62,946 bases of DNA, filler included, from Octopus bimaculoides (GCF_001194135.2; 9 parts of 8 records of this genome joined end to end with filler, not necessarily neighbours in it), one strand, 5' to 3'; counted from the first letter of the whole stretch, positions 27,232-39,402 are shown. Made by a program: numbers and translations. Notes: generated from the sequence alone by a model not told the origin.

Positions 27232-27743
27232 TCACACACACAAACTCACATATTTGGACGTGCGTGGCTTTGTAGCTAGGTTGTTGCATTGATGATGTTA
27301 AGATTGCGGTTTCAATTTCTGGACCAGGCAATGTATATGTATCTTGAGTAAAACATTTCATTTCATGTTGCAGCAGTCCACTCAGCTGTAAATGGGTAAC
27401 CCTGTAACACAACTGTCGTTCCGTTCATTGAAGTGGTATATATGCCACAGCATCCTGGAAGCCAGCCTTATGAGCCTATGATTTGGGAGGTGCCTTTGCT
27501 CCTTTTTTTCTTTGTGAATATATGCATATGGGATATAGTAATATGTAAAAATAAGATCCATGGATCAAGGTGTAGGAAGTTAGTAGGCCTCAAGTAGTCC
27601 GTAGAAAGTTTAAAAACACAACTTTCAGGAGCAATAGAGGTTTATTGATGGAGAAGGTTATCAATTTTTCCCATATTGAAATTCGATAAGGTGAAAAAAG
27701 TTATTTTATAGTTCACAGCTAGCAACTAATGGTTATTTGTCAG

Positions 27744-27793
27744 GCCAAAGATACCTTAGTCAAATGCAACCATTTGACTAAGGTGTCTTTGGC
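27744..27793. repeat. 23-bp hairpin with a 4-nt loop
   Basis: GCCAAAGATACCTTAGTCAAATG-CAAC-CATTTGACTAAGGTGTCTTTGGC, one G-U pair on the + strand. Confidence 0.9.
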
Positions 27794-28371
27794 AGGGTGA
27801 GTGGGTAGCGGAGTACCCCTCATTGAGTAATTATTACTTCCAAGGTTCTGCTCAACTGTGAAACAAGTCATCTGGATCTTATCTTCTACATTCCCTAATT
27901 ATGGATTTCTATTCACATACACAGCAACCCTAGCTGCTAACCATGACCTATAGAATAACTTTTTACAGTATATATATATAGAGAGAGAGAGGGGGGATAG
28001 AGAGAGAAAGGTGGATAGATAGATAGATACCTTTATATATATATNNNNNNNNNNNNNNNNNNNNNNNNNNNNNNNNNNNNNNNNNNNNNNNNNNNNNNNN
28101 NNNNNNNNNNNNNNNNNNNNNNNNNNNNNNNNNNNNNNNNNNNNNNNNNNNNNNNNNNNNNNNNNNNNNNNNNNNNNNNNNNNNNNNNNNNNNNNNNNNN
28201 NNNNNNNNNNNNNNNNNNNNNNNNNNNNNNNNNNNNNNNNNNNNNNNNNNNNNNNNNNNNNNNNNNNNNNNNNNNNNNNNNNNNNNNNNNNNNNNNNNNN
28301 NNNNNNNNNNNNNNNNNNNNNNNNNNNNNNTATATATATATACATATATCTATCTATATATATATATATAT

Positions 28372-29330
28372 TAGGCTCTGAGGAAGGTAGGAATAGATGA
28401 GGGGCTTGTGAAAGTTGTTCAGGCCATGTACAGACATGTCTTGTCTGTAGGGTGAGAGTTAACCATGAGTACAGCAAAGAATTTGGTGTACAGGTAGGGG
28501 TTCATCAAGGCTCAGTCCCCTACTTTTCATCATTGTCCTCCAGGCCATAACAGAAGAATTTCAAGACTGGCAACTCCTGAGAACTACTATATGCTGATGA
28601 TCTTGCTCTCATAGCTGATTCCATATCAGAACTTGCAGAGAAATTCCTAGTGTAGAAGCAAAACCTGAAATCTAAGGGCCTTAAGGTTAACTTAGCAAAG
28701 ACTAAGGTATTAGTAAGAAAACAGACAGGACCCTACCTGCTTCATGTAGGTATTTGATTTGAAGGAAAGGTGTAGGCAGTACTCTATACGGTGTACCCAG
28801 TGTAAACTTTGAACACATAAGAGGTGCAGCAGATTAATAGGAAGATTATCAAAGATAGTTTATATATGTAGAAGATGCACAGGAACCAAAAAAACTACAG
28901 ATTCTTGGGATATTGATTTTCTCAAATGCCCCAGAGGCTCATTAAAAGTAGTGGACAATTGATTTCTAAAGCCTAAGGGGCCAAATTAATAGTGGGGGGT
29001 GTGTGCACAGAAAGTGTAATAGCTAGAATAAGAATAAAATAGAGAAAATTCAGAGAGTTGTTACTTCTGTTGATTATGAAAGGTTTCCCTTTTTGAGTGA
29101 AAGGAAGATTTTGTGATGCTTGCATACGGACAGAAATTCTACATGATAGTGAGATATGGGCCCTGAATGCAGAGTAAAAGCGAAGGTTAGAGAAAAATGA
29201 GGCTAGTATGATCCACAAGATGTGTAATGTGAGTGTACATGTTCAACTTGACTATTATATATGAGGCAGAAGTAACCAAGAAAGAAGAATTACATTGAGT
29301 CATGCAAAGGCATCTTCAAAGACTCTACAG
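28372..29330 (+). mobile_element. Decayed RTE-clade LINE, RT and 3' region
   Basis: ALRKVGIDEGLVKVVQAMY, FGVQVGVHQGS, ELLYADDLALIA, NLAKTKVL. Confidence 0.85.
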
Positions 29331-29595
29331 TTGTTGCCTGTACCACTGGACTGGCTCCTGTGCAGGTGGCACATAAAAAAACACCACTTCAGTGTGGCCG
29401 TTGCCAGTACCGCCTGATTGGCCCTTGTGCCGGTGGCACGTAAAACACCCACTACACTCTCAGAGTGGTTGGCGTTAGGAAGGGCACCTGCCAAATCAGA
29501 TTGGAGCCTGGTGTTGCCATCCGGTTGCACCAGTCCTCAGTCAAATCGTCCAACCCATGCTAGCATGGAAAGTGGATGTTAAACGATGATGATAA
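29330..29595 (+). mobile_element. Family C repeat contiguous with the RTE 3' end
   Basis: Directly follows the RTE coding remnant and ends in gatgatgataatgat. Confidence 0.75.
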
Positions 29596-29720
29596 TGATA
29601 TACTTTTATATAAGCATCTTAAACATTTTTGTCTGTCTCTTTTTCTATGCATGTGTTTGTGTGCTTGTGTGTGTGTGTGTGTGAAATGTGGTAAATGTTA
29701 CTATTCTTCTTTTCCCCCAG

Positions 29721-29826
29721 GTCAGTCAGTTCTGATTGTGCAGGTCTATGGATCAGATTTATTCCACCTGTGACTGTCCCTTCCCATCTGCTGTCCCTAG
29801 GACTACATTATCTAACTTTTAAGATG
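29721..29826 (+). CDS. Candidate exon ending in ATG (5'UTR plus start codon, or coding SVSSDCAGLWIRFIPPVTVPSHLLSLGLHYLTFKM)
   Basis: Very strong acceptor ctattcttcttttcccccag and donor AAGATG|gtaagg. Confidence 0.55.
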
Positions 29827-30290
29827 GTAAGGTTTGAAATGAAGAAAGTTTGTTGACTGCTTCTAACAGACTGTGGGGCCATTTTGAGGCCCACTTAACA
29901 ATGCGCACACACACACACACACACTCTCTTGTATGTATGGGGAAGGGAATCCACAAGTACAGTTCCCTGTATAAAGGCTTCATGCAACCCTCTGTATCTG
30001 GTTGACTCACATCATTGATTTGAAAGAAAAACACCAAATAGAATGACTTCTCCTGATTTCACATGTTCCATGATGTTGAAGCACCATTATTTAGAAACAG
30101 CTTAATGTTTAGAAAAGCAACTTTGGTTTGCTACACAAAAAACTCCATATCATTTTACATGACACTCCAATTCTTAACAAAAAATACAAAATAAAAAATA
30201 AAATTGAATTAATTTCAATCTGCTGCCACATTTCCAAATTCCTTCCCATTAATTTGGATAAAAAAAACACCTCCAGACACATGCAATATG

Positions 30291-30339
<49 letters not shown>

Positions 30340-30461
30340 AGGATTTGGCTAGACAAAGCAGAGAAATGCAATTCAACACATNNNNNNNNNNNNNNNNNNN
30401 NNNNNNNNNNNNNNNNNNNNNNNNNNNNNNNNNNNNNNNNNNNNNNNNNNNNNNNNNNNNN

Positions 30462-30514
<53 letters not shown>

Positions 30515-30591
30515 ATGTGTGTGTGTGTACGAATGCATCTATGTATATGTGTATGCATGTCTATGTCCCAAGTAATTTTGTAATTTCATAT

Positions 30592-30975
30592 GGAGTGGCT
30601 GTGTGGTAAGTAGCTTGCTTCCCAGCCACACGGTTTCAGGTTCAGTCCCATTGTGTGGTACCTTGGGCAAGTGTCTTCTACTATAGCCTTGGGCCAACCA
30701 AAGCCTTGTGGGTGGATTTGGAGGGTAGAAACTTAAAGAAAGCCATTGTATGTGTGTGTGTGTCTGTGTACGTTTGTGTGTCTGTGTTTGTCCCCCACCA
30801 TCGCTTGACAACCGATGTTGGTGTGTTTACATCCCTGTAACCTTGTGGTTCAGCAAATGAGACCAATAAAATAAGTACTAGGCTTACAAAGAATAAGTCT
30901 TGGGGTCAATTTGTTCGAGTAAAGGTGGTGCTCCAGGTTTGCCACAGTCAAATCACTGAAACAAGTAAAAGAATA
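30592..30975 (+). mobile_element. Full-length tRNA-derived SINE family A
   Basis: GGAGTGGCTGTGTGGTAAG head, GGTTCAGTCCC B-box-like motif, internal (TG)n, tail ending GAAACAAGTAAAAGA. Confidence 0.9.
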
Positions 30976-31140
30976 GAAGAATATACATTATATATATATA
31001 AGCCAGCTGGAGGAGATGTCCTCCTGGGGCTAAAAGCAACAGTAACATCCACCCCTAGGGGTCAGCCACACTTAAGTGGCAATATACTACACTTTATCGT
31101 GCAGTTACTGTTAATACTTCATTTAGAGAATTAACATTGC

Positions 31141-31188
<48 letters not shown>

Positions 31189-31399
31189 ATGATAAATGTA
31201 CGATACATGTACGATACATGTTCTGTTGCCATGGTAATGCAGTTTGCTTCCCAACGTCATGATATTGAGTTCAGTCCCACTGCATGGCACCTTGGACTAA
31301 TCTCTTTTGCAATAGTCTATGGTAAACTAAAACGTTATCAGTGAATTCAGTAGGCAGAAACTGAAAGAAGCCCAGCCAGAGTGTAACATACTACACAAC

Positions 31400-32100
31400 A
31401 TATAAACCACATTTCAGAGTGTATGAAGAAGTGCTTTTTTATATGGTATTGGTGAAAGTGATGTAATTCCCAAGAGAAGACCCCTGAAGTGAAGTGGTGG
31501 GTGTCGTGTTGAAGAAGGTAGCTTTATGCTAGATATTAAGAGCTTAAAGTATAAATAGGTGTGTTGTTGCAGGATAGGGAGACACATGGCTACCCCACCC
31601 CCAGTTGAAGGAGAGAGAGAGAAGATCATTATAAAGTTGTGTCAAAGTGTATCTTCAAGTGAGAGAAAGATGAATATAAGAGAAACGGGACAGGGGATTG
31701 AACAGGGTTTGTGAGTGGGGAACAAGGGGGGAAGCATGGTTAGTCATTTGGAGGAGGAAGGCGAAGGAAGTTGGAGGGGGCCAGAGAGTTGATAGTTGAC
31801 AATACAAACGATGTAAAGTAGTGGGGGGGGTACCCAGTGAGATGCTCATAAGGGGAGAAATGATTAGAAATGGACAGAAGTAATGAGGGGAAAGAGGGCT
31901 ACCATTGATAAAATGAAAGGATAGAGCATTCAGTGGTAGAAATAATGTGGGAAGGAATGATAGTGAGGGTGTATGAGAAAAAAGGAAGTAGTTTCAAGGA
32001 GATTGGAAGCCATAGCAATAAGGGATGTAATTTATACAGTTCCTCTCCTAATTCAACAGCTGATTGGTTAGTGCCGTAGTTAGAAGAATGATGGAAGGTG
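31400..32100 (-). mobile_element. Highly decayed LINE 5'/endonuclease-like region
   Basis: Pyrimidine-rich leader and a GGGVA motif typical of APE domains; heavily disrupted. Confidence 0.35.
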
Positions 32101-32189
32101 AGTGTTAGGAAAACGAGTTGGGGAAGGGAGATTCAAATTGGATGCAGGAACATAGACATTAGTGACATGCTTTTAAGGCCTCATTTTTG

Positions 32190-32585
32190 CTTAGATGGAC
32201 AAACTCTCTGCATCACAGCAAATTGCTAATCATTTCAGTCCTCTGTGAAACTCAGTCCTCTGGAGGTCATTTTTCACCACTTTGTCGTATGTCTTCCAAT
32301 GTTTCACTCACCCACTGGTTCCTTCCACAATTAGAGATTGTTACATCTTGATGCAGCTCTCCTCATCCATACACATCACATAACCATACCAGCAGTCTTT
32401 TTACTTACACACCACAACTGATGCCTCTTTTACACAATTTTTCTCTTAAATCATTTATACTATATGCACACTGATGTTGCACATCCAGCTGAGCATGCTG
32501 GCATCATTTTTTTCAACCCTTCTCACTTCTTCTGCCAAGTAGCATAACTGTTCATACATAGGCATCATACAATCAACCTTCCAAC
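32190..32585 (-). mobile_element. Decayed RTE LINE 3' coding end
   Basis: VGRLIV*CL.., RRVEKNDASMLSWMCNISV, WYGYVMCMDEESCIK; related to 29100-29330. Confidence 0.7.
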
Positions 32586-33315
32586 ATATATATATATATA
32601 TANNNNNNNNNNNNNNNNNNNNNNNNNNNNNNNNNNNNNNNNNNNNNNNNNNNNNNNNNNNNNNNNNNNNNNNNNNNNNNNNNNNNNNNNNNNNNNNNNN
32701 NNNNNNNNNNNNNNNNNNNNNNNNNNNNNNNNNNNNNNNNNNNNNNNNNNNNNNNNNNNNNNNNNNNNNNNNNNNNNNNNNNNNNNNNNNNNNNNNNNNN
32801 NNNNNNNNNNNNNNNNNNNNNNNNNNNNNNNNNNNNNNNNNNNNNNNNNNNNNNNNNNNNNNNNNNNNNNNNNNNNNNNNNNNNNNNNNNNNNNNNNNNN
32901 NNNNNNNNNNNNNNNNNNNNNNNNNNNNNNNNNNNNNNNNNNNNNNNNNNNNNNNNNNNNNNNNNNNNNNNNNNNNNNNNNNNNNNNNNNNNNNNNNNNN
33001 NNNNNNNNNNNNNNNNNNNNNNNNNNNNNNNNNNNNNNNNNNNNNNNNNNNNNNNNNNNNNNNNNNNNNNNNNNNNNNNNNNNNNNNNNNNNNNNNNNNN
33101 NNNNNNNNNNNNNNNNNNNNNNNNNNNNNNNNNNNNNNNNNNNNNNNNNNNNNNNNNNNNNNNNNNNNNNNNNNNNNNNNNNNNNNNNNNNNNNNNNNNN
33201 NNNNNNNNNNNNNNNNNNNNNNNNNNNNNNNNNNNNNNNNNNNNNNNNNNNNNNNNNNNNNNNNNNNNNNNNNNNNNNNNNNNNNNNNNNNNNNNNNNNN
33301 NNNNNNNNNNNNNNN

Positions 33316-33354
<39 letters not shown>

Positions 33355-33550
33355 AGCCAAGTGAAATCATAGTCATGGCAGATACTGGTGTCATGCAACT
33401 GGCACCCATTACACTTTCAGGGTGACTAGGAAGGGCACCCAGCTGTAAAAACCATGCCAAATTAGACTGGAACTTGACACAATCCCTCAGCTTACCAGCC
33501 CTGGTCAAACTGTCCAACTCATGTCAGCATGGACAACAGGCATTAAATGA
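33355..33550 (+). mobile_element. Family C repeat
   Basis: Same motif set as 24690. Confidence 0.7.
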
Positions 33551-33554
33551 TGGT

Positions 33555-33893
33555 TCTTTTATTTGGTTGTGGCCATGCTGGAGCACTGCCTTTAGTCAAA
33601 CAAATAGATCCCAGGATCTTTGTAAGCCCAGTACTTATTCTATCAGGCTGTTTTGCCAAAGCGCTAAGTTACAAGGATGTAAACACACCAACATCGGTTG
33701 TCAAGCGATGGTGGGGGGCAAACACAGACACACAAACATATGCACACACACATCAGTTTCCATCAACCAAATCCACTCCCAAGGCTTCGGTCAGCCCAAG
33801 ACTATAGTAAAAGACTTGTTGAAGGTGCCACGCCATGGAACTGAACCTGGAACCATGTGTTTGTGAAGCAAGCTACTTACCACACAACCACTC
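33555..33893 (-). mobile_element. tRNA-derived SINE family A
   Basis: Reverse complement of the family A head and tail. Confidence 0.85.
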
Positions 33894-34146
33894 TTGCACC
33901 TATATATATATATATATATANNNNNNNNNNNNNNNNNNNNNNNNNNNNNNNNNNNNNNNNNNNNTTAATTAATTAANNNNNNNNNNNNNNNNNNNNNNNN
34001 NNNNNNNNNNNNNNNNNNNNGGTGTACAACCGGATGGGAGACAGACACAGAAGGTCCCTAATTCTTCATCAGTTATCAACCAAATGGTAATAATCTATAT
34101 ATGTGTGTGTGTGTATGTATACGAGATGGTTTATATATACATATGC

Positions 34147-34179
<33 letters not shown>

Positions 34180-34185
34180 TATAAG

Positions 34186-34790
34186 CTAGTTATAAAATCT
34201 CAAGATGCGATAGAGTAGTAACGTATACTAAAAAGTACAGCTAGTAGCCACATCAAAGCGGCAGGTGAATGTTACTACTAGTTTAACCCCAGGCGGAGTC
34301 TCTGCCAGCTGGTTTTCGCTGCAACGTTCTGCAGTCTTTGCATATAATATATCGCTAGCAGGGGGAGCGAACCCCTACCCATCCTCCATCAGCTAACTTT
34401 TACCTGCCGCTTTGATGTGGCAACTCGCTGTACTCTCTAGCATAACGTTACTACTCTGATCTCTTCTTGAGATTTTGTAACTAGCTATTTTGCTTGTTGC
34501 ATCTCAGTGACTGATGGTCGCTCTGTTTACAATATATCGCTAGCAGAAGCGGATCTTAGCTATCACACCATTGCGCAGGTGCGCGCGGCTGACGAAGAGC
34601 CAACTAGCTCGAAACTGGGCCAGTCCCGCGATCCTGTTTGCTGATGGAGGTTAGTAGGGGTTCACTCCCCCTGCTAGCGATATATCGTATATAAAGGATG
34701 CAGAACGTTGCAGCGAAAACCAGTTGGCAGAGAATCTGCCTGGGGTTAAACTAGTCGCAACATTCCACAGCCACTTTGATATGGCGAATA
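34186..34790. mobile_element. Non-coding hammerhead-bearing element with inverted partial copies (Penelope pLTR / retrozyme-like)
   Basis: 34245-34396 is an imperfect inverted copy of 34636-34790, and 34186-34268 is an inverted copy of 34402-34484. The central unit holds the hammerhead. Confidence 0.7.
34584..34630 (+). ncRNA. Type I hammerhead ribozyme
   Basis: Stem I CGCGG/CCGCG; core CTGACGA plus an extra A; stem II GAGC-CAACTA-GCTC; GAAA; stem III ACTG-GGC-CAGT; GUC cleavage triplet ending at 34625. Confidence 0.9.
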
Positions 34791-34797
34791 ACTTTAT

Positions 34798-35027
34798 ATA
34801 TATTACATACATATAATAGAGATGACCACTAAGTGGACATCCATTATGCTAGAAGTAGATCACCTACGATCTGACCACTAAGAAAAGATTGATCTCAAGA
34901 ACAATCTCTGGTGTTTGCTGAATTTTCTTGAGAACAATATTTTCTTAGTGGTCAGATCGTAGGTGATCTACTTCTAGCATAATGGATGTCCACTTAGTGG
35001 TCATCCCTCTTATATGTATGTAATATA
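34798..35027. mobile_element. Foldback / MITE-like hairpin element
   Basis: 66-bp perfect inverted repeat 34821-34886 / 34940-35005, with imperfect extension inward and outward. Confidence 0.85.
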
Positions 35028-35394
35028 ATTTTTCTGAATCTTTAGATTTTTCAATATGCTAGGCCACTGGTTTTAAATTGATATTAATCAAATTAATATT
35101 CAATTTGTAACCCTTATTATTTAAATTTATATATATATATATATATATATATACGTTTTTTGTGTATGTTTTTAAATGGCTTATAGACACGCTGCAATTG
35201 TTTTATAGTTTTATGTGTGTGTGTGTGTATGTGTAATGATAATAGTGTGAGATAGTGCAATAGAGAGTAAGAAAAAATTGTAGGTATATAGATATCAAAG
35301 AATGAAAGTGAAATACGATAAGAAAATAGAGAATCTCAATGTGTGTGTGCGTGCGTGCGTGCGTGCGTACGCGTGCGTGCGTGCGTACGCGTGC

Positions 35395-35440
<46 letters not shown>

Positions 35441-36084
35441 AGTGAAAGAACTAGGCGGCATGACAAGTGGTGTAGTGGCATAGTAAGAGAAGAAATGATT
35501 AGCAGAGTAGCTCGTGATTGGCCAAAACGGTCTTATTGTGCCGGGTTTTTTTTTTTCCTCATTTATTTATTTAGGTTTTTTTTTCTTCACCTTTTGAATA
35601 TTTCAAAACAAAATTATGACTCAGCTTAAAGAAATAAGTTGGACGGTACATATGTACGTACGGCTGTCTGTGTTTGTGGCTTTGTGTGGGAGATAGGGGT
35701 GTACATATATAATATCTACATATGCATACACACACGCACACACACTCATATTTGTATCAATAGGCGTACACACACTCGCCCAACTACATATATCTCACTA
35801 TCTTTCCGTCTAACACACACTCACACACACGCATACACACACACATAAACACACACACACAGTCATACATGAATATACATATGCGTGCGCACATGAACGT
35901 ATCTATGTGCGTATGTAGTAATTAGCAATAATATAAGTGGTTAATTTTTTTTTACTATAACCTATGTATGTGCATGTATGAATGTATATATATACATATA
36001 TATGTCATACACATACACACACATACGTACATGTACATATATATTTAAATATATGCATGTACACATTTGTATATAAATGTAAAC

Positions 36085-36085
<1 letters not shown>

Positions 36086-36153
<68 letters not shown>
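36086..36153. repeat. (GATA)n microsatellite
   Basis: Direct reading. Confidence 0.95.
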
Positions 36154-36155
<2 letters not shown>

Positions 36156-36620
36156 TGTCTACCTATTCAGGTAGGTATGACTGATGTAATATCTTGGTGA
36201 CAGAATTAGGTGAGCAGCTCCGAATAATTCTAAAAGTTGTTTGTTCATAGTTGTTTATAAGGCAATTTGTAACATTGTTGAACTACATTTGGTGCTTCTC
36301 AGGAGTACCAATAATGCGTCACGCGAAGTACTAATAACAATAGGGACAGCAACAAAAACCTGTCTGTTTGGTTCCACCTCTTCGTGACTTCCGGTGCCAT
36401 TAANNNNNNNNNNNNNNNNNNNNNNNNNNNNNNNNNNNNNNNNNNNNNNNNNNNNNNNNNNNNNNNNNNNNNNNNNNNNNNNNNNNNNNNNNNNNNNNNN
36501 NNNNNNNNNNNNNNNNNNNNNNNNNNNNNNNNNNNNNNNNNNNNNNNNNNNNNNNNNNNNNNNNNNNNNNNNNNNNNNNNNNNNNNNNNNNNNNNNNNNN
36601 NNNNNNNNNNNNNNNNNNNN

Positions 36621-36661
<41 letters not shown>

Positions 36662-36739
36662 TACGCATATATACGCACACATATGTACATACATATATAT
36701 ATATGTATGTATATAGGTATGCATATATGGGTACAGGAC

Positions 36740-36838
36740 GTCACAAAACGTAAACAACATGAAACACGAAAATAACGTTGCGTACACAAAGAACGAGAGA
36801 AACAATGGATAACAAGACGAGTAACATAAAAAACGACC

Positions 36839-36876
<38 letters not shown>

Positions 36877-37070
36877 TGGGGCGGGGGAGAATTCACAAAA
36901 AAAAACAAAAGACGAAGACCGGTGATGTAGACAACAAACAGAAGTATTAGTATAACGCTCAGGAAGTGAAAAAGTCGTTCACGTTTCGAGCCTACGCTCT
37001 TCCACAGAAAGGAACACAGAAAGAAATAAGGAGAGAAAAAAAAAAAAGAATGTGCAGTGGCTAGCGATCT
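36740..37070 (-). mobile_element. Non-coding repeat with a degenerate hammerhead-like motif (36976-37011)
   Basis: Minus strand CTTT-CTGTGGA-A-GAGC-GTAG-GCTC-GAAACGT; partial second copy at 10927. Confidence 0.55.
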
Positions 37071-37483
37071 AATATATATATATATATCACAAAGTCTCAA
37101 ACGCTCTTTGGAAAATTCTATATCAAACAAAAGGCTAACAAGAAAACTTCTTGAATCAGGATGGTAATGCCTTTGATCATTGTCCTGCTCAACAACAGGA
37201 ACAAAAACTAACAATAGATGAACAGCCCAAAGGAGAAGCCTTTACATGCTTGCCCAACCTACAAGAAATAACAGTCAAACTTCACTCAAATCACACCCTG
37301 CCTTTTTAAAAACAAATAGATGGCCCGTTGAATCTTGTAGTTCTGGATATGCACTATGCCTCGCTTGGTCCCGACTGGAATACATTTTGTTGTTAATCTG
37401 CTCGATCAGGGTTAACTTGATGCTAAGCAACATATATATCAAGCAAGTGTTTCTCTTTCTTGCACGAAAAGCAATGACAAAAT

Positions 37484-38317
37484 GAAAGTGGCTATGTGGT
37501 AAGTAGCTTGCTTACCAACCACATGGTTCCGGGTTTTCATTCCCACTGCATGGCATCTTGGGCAAGTGTCTTCTGCTATAGCTTCGGGCCGACCAAAGCC
37601 TTGTGAGTGAATTTGGTAGACGGAAACTGAAAGAAGCCCGTCGTATATGTGTGTGTGTGTGTATGTCCGNNNNNNNNNNNNNNNNNNNNNNNNNNNNNNN
37701 NNNNNNNNNNNNNNNNNNNNNNNNNNNNNNNNNNNNNNNNNNNNNNNNNNNNNNNNNNNNNNNNNNNNNNNNNNNNNNNNNNNNNNNNNNNNNNNNNNNN
37801 NNNNNNNNNNNNNNNNNNNNNNNNNNNNNNNNNNNNNNNNNNNNNNNNNNNNNNNNNNNNNNNNNNNNNNNNNNNNNNNNNNNNNNNNNNNNNNNNNNNN
37901 NNNNNNNNNNNNNNNNNNNNNNNNNNNNNNNNNNNNNNNNNNNNNNNNNNNNNNNNNNNNNNNNNNNNNNNNNNNNNNNNNNNNNNNNNNNNNNNNNNNN
38001 NNNNNNNNNNNNNNNNNNNNNNNNNNNNNNNNNNNNNNNNNNNNNNNNNNNNNNNNNNNNNNNNNNNNNNNNNNNNNNNNNNNNNNNNNNNNNNNNNNNN
38101 NNNNNNNNNNNNNNNNNNNNNNNNNNNNNNNNNNNNNNNNNNNNNNNNNNNNNNNNNNNNNNNNNNNNNNNNNNNNNNNNNNNNNNNNNNNNNNNNNNNN
38201 NNNNNNNNNNNNNNNNNNNNNNNNNNNNNNNNNNNNNNNNNNNNNNNNNNNNNNNNNNNNNNNNNNNNNNNNNNNNNNNNNNNNNNNNNNNNNNNNNNNN
38301 NNNNNNNNNNNNNNNNN

Positions 38318-38380
<63 letters not shown>

Positions 38381-38576
38381 TTGTGTGTCTGTGTTTGCTA
38401 GCATTGCTTGACAACCGATGCTGGTGTGTTTATGTCTCCGTCATCTAGCGGTTCGGCAAAAAGAGACCGATACAATAAGTACTAGGCTTACAAAGAATAA
38501 GTCCCGGGGTCGATTCGCTCGACTAAAGGCGGCACTCCAGCATGGCCGCAGTCAAATGAGTGAAACAAGTAAAAGA
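37484..38576 (+). mobile_element. SINE family A spanning an assembly gap at its internal (TG)n
   Basis: Head 37484-37669 and tail 38318-38576; may be one copy or two. Confidence 0.75.
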
Positions 38577-38989
38577 GAGAGTACCCATTGAAATGACAAC
38601 ATCCGCATCAAAGTTTGTTTGCTAGCTTGTAGTAAATATGTGCTGAATAAGAAAGATGAAGTGGTCGCCGTTGAAATTCTATTGATACTTTAATGACATC
38701 TACATCACGCAAATGTTTTGCGAGTTTGAAATCATGAGCTATATGCACAGGTCTGAACGGGTAGGAAACATGTGCCAAATCTATCTGTTGTGTTTGGTTT
38801 TATTTTCACAAATTCAGTTCCGTTTCTCACGGATATTTCTACAATATGTTTAATACGATATGCTCAAAAATATTTTGCAGTATTCTAAGACTATTTCTTA
38901 GTTTCTTGCTAAATCGTTAAGTTTCTGCACTATATTTCAAAGTTGGTTATGAATCATCATACAGTCCAAATGGAGCTGCTTTATTTGTG

Positions 38990-39402
38990 TATGGAGGGGC
39001 GCAGCGCTACATTAACCATTAAACAAAATAAGCACGTGCTTAGGGCATCAAGGGAAGGAGAGAGGGGCACAAAAGAAATCACTTTAAACTTGCTAAAATA
39101 ATATTCGGGATGCCTTTATTTCTGCCAAGTATAGATGCAGATGTGTTACCTAAGATTAATTTTGAGGATCAGATCAAAGACTTTGCAATTCAAAAAAGTA
39201 GGAAGAAACTTTTCAAATATAAATAAACTGGAAATATACAAAAATAAACATTATTTTCCCTCTTACTGTTTCGTTTCGTTTTGAAAAATAAACATTTATT
39301 TTATGGTTTGTTATTGCTTATATTTTGAATTACATAATCTTTTATGGGGGCACCAAAATCCTTTAAGTGCTTAGGGCCTCAATGGGTCTTAATCCAGCCC
39401 TG
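38990..39402 (+). mobile_element. Non-autonomous hAT element with a transposase C-terminal remnant
   Basis: LPKINFEDQIKDFAIQKSRKK resembles hAT C-termini; right end ccagccctg is TIR-like. Confidence 0.6.
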
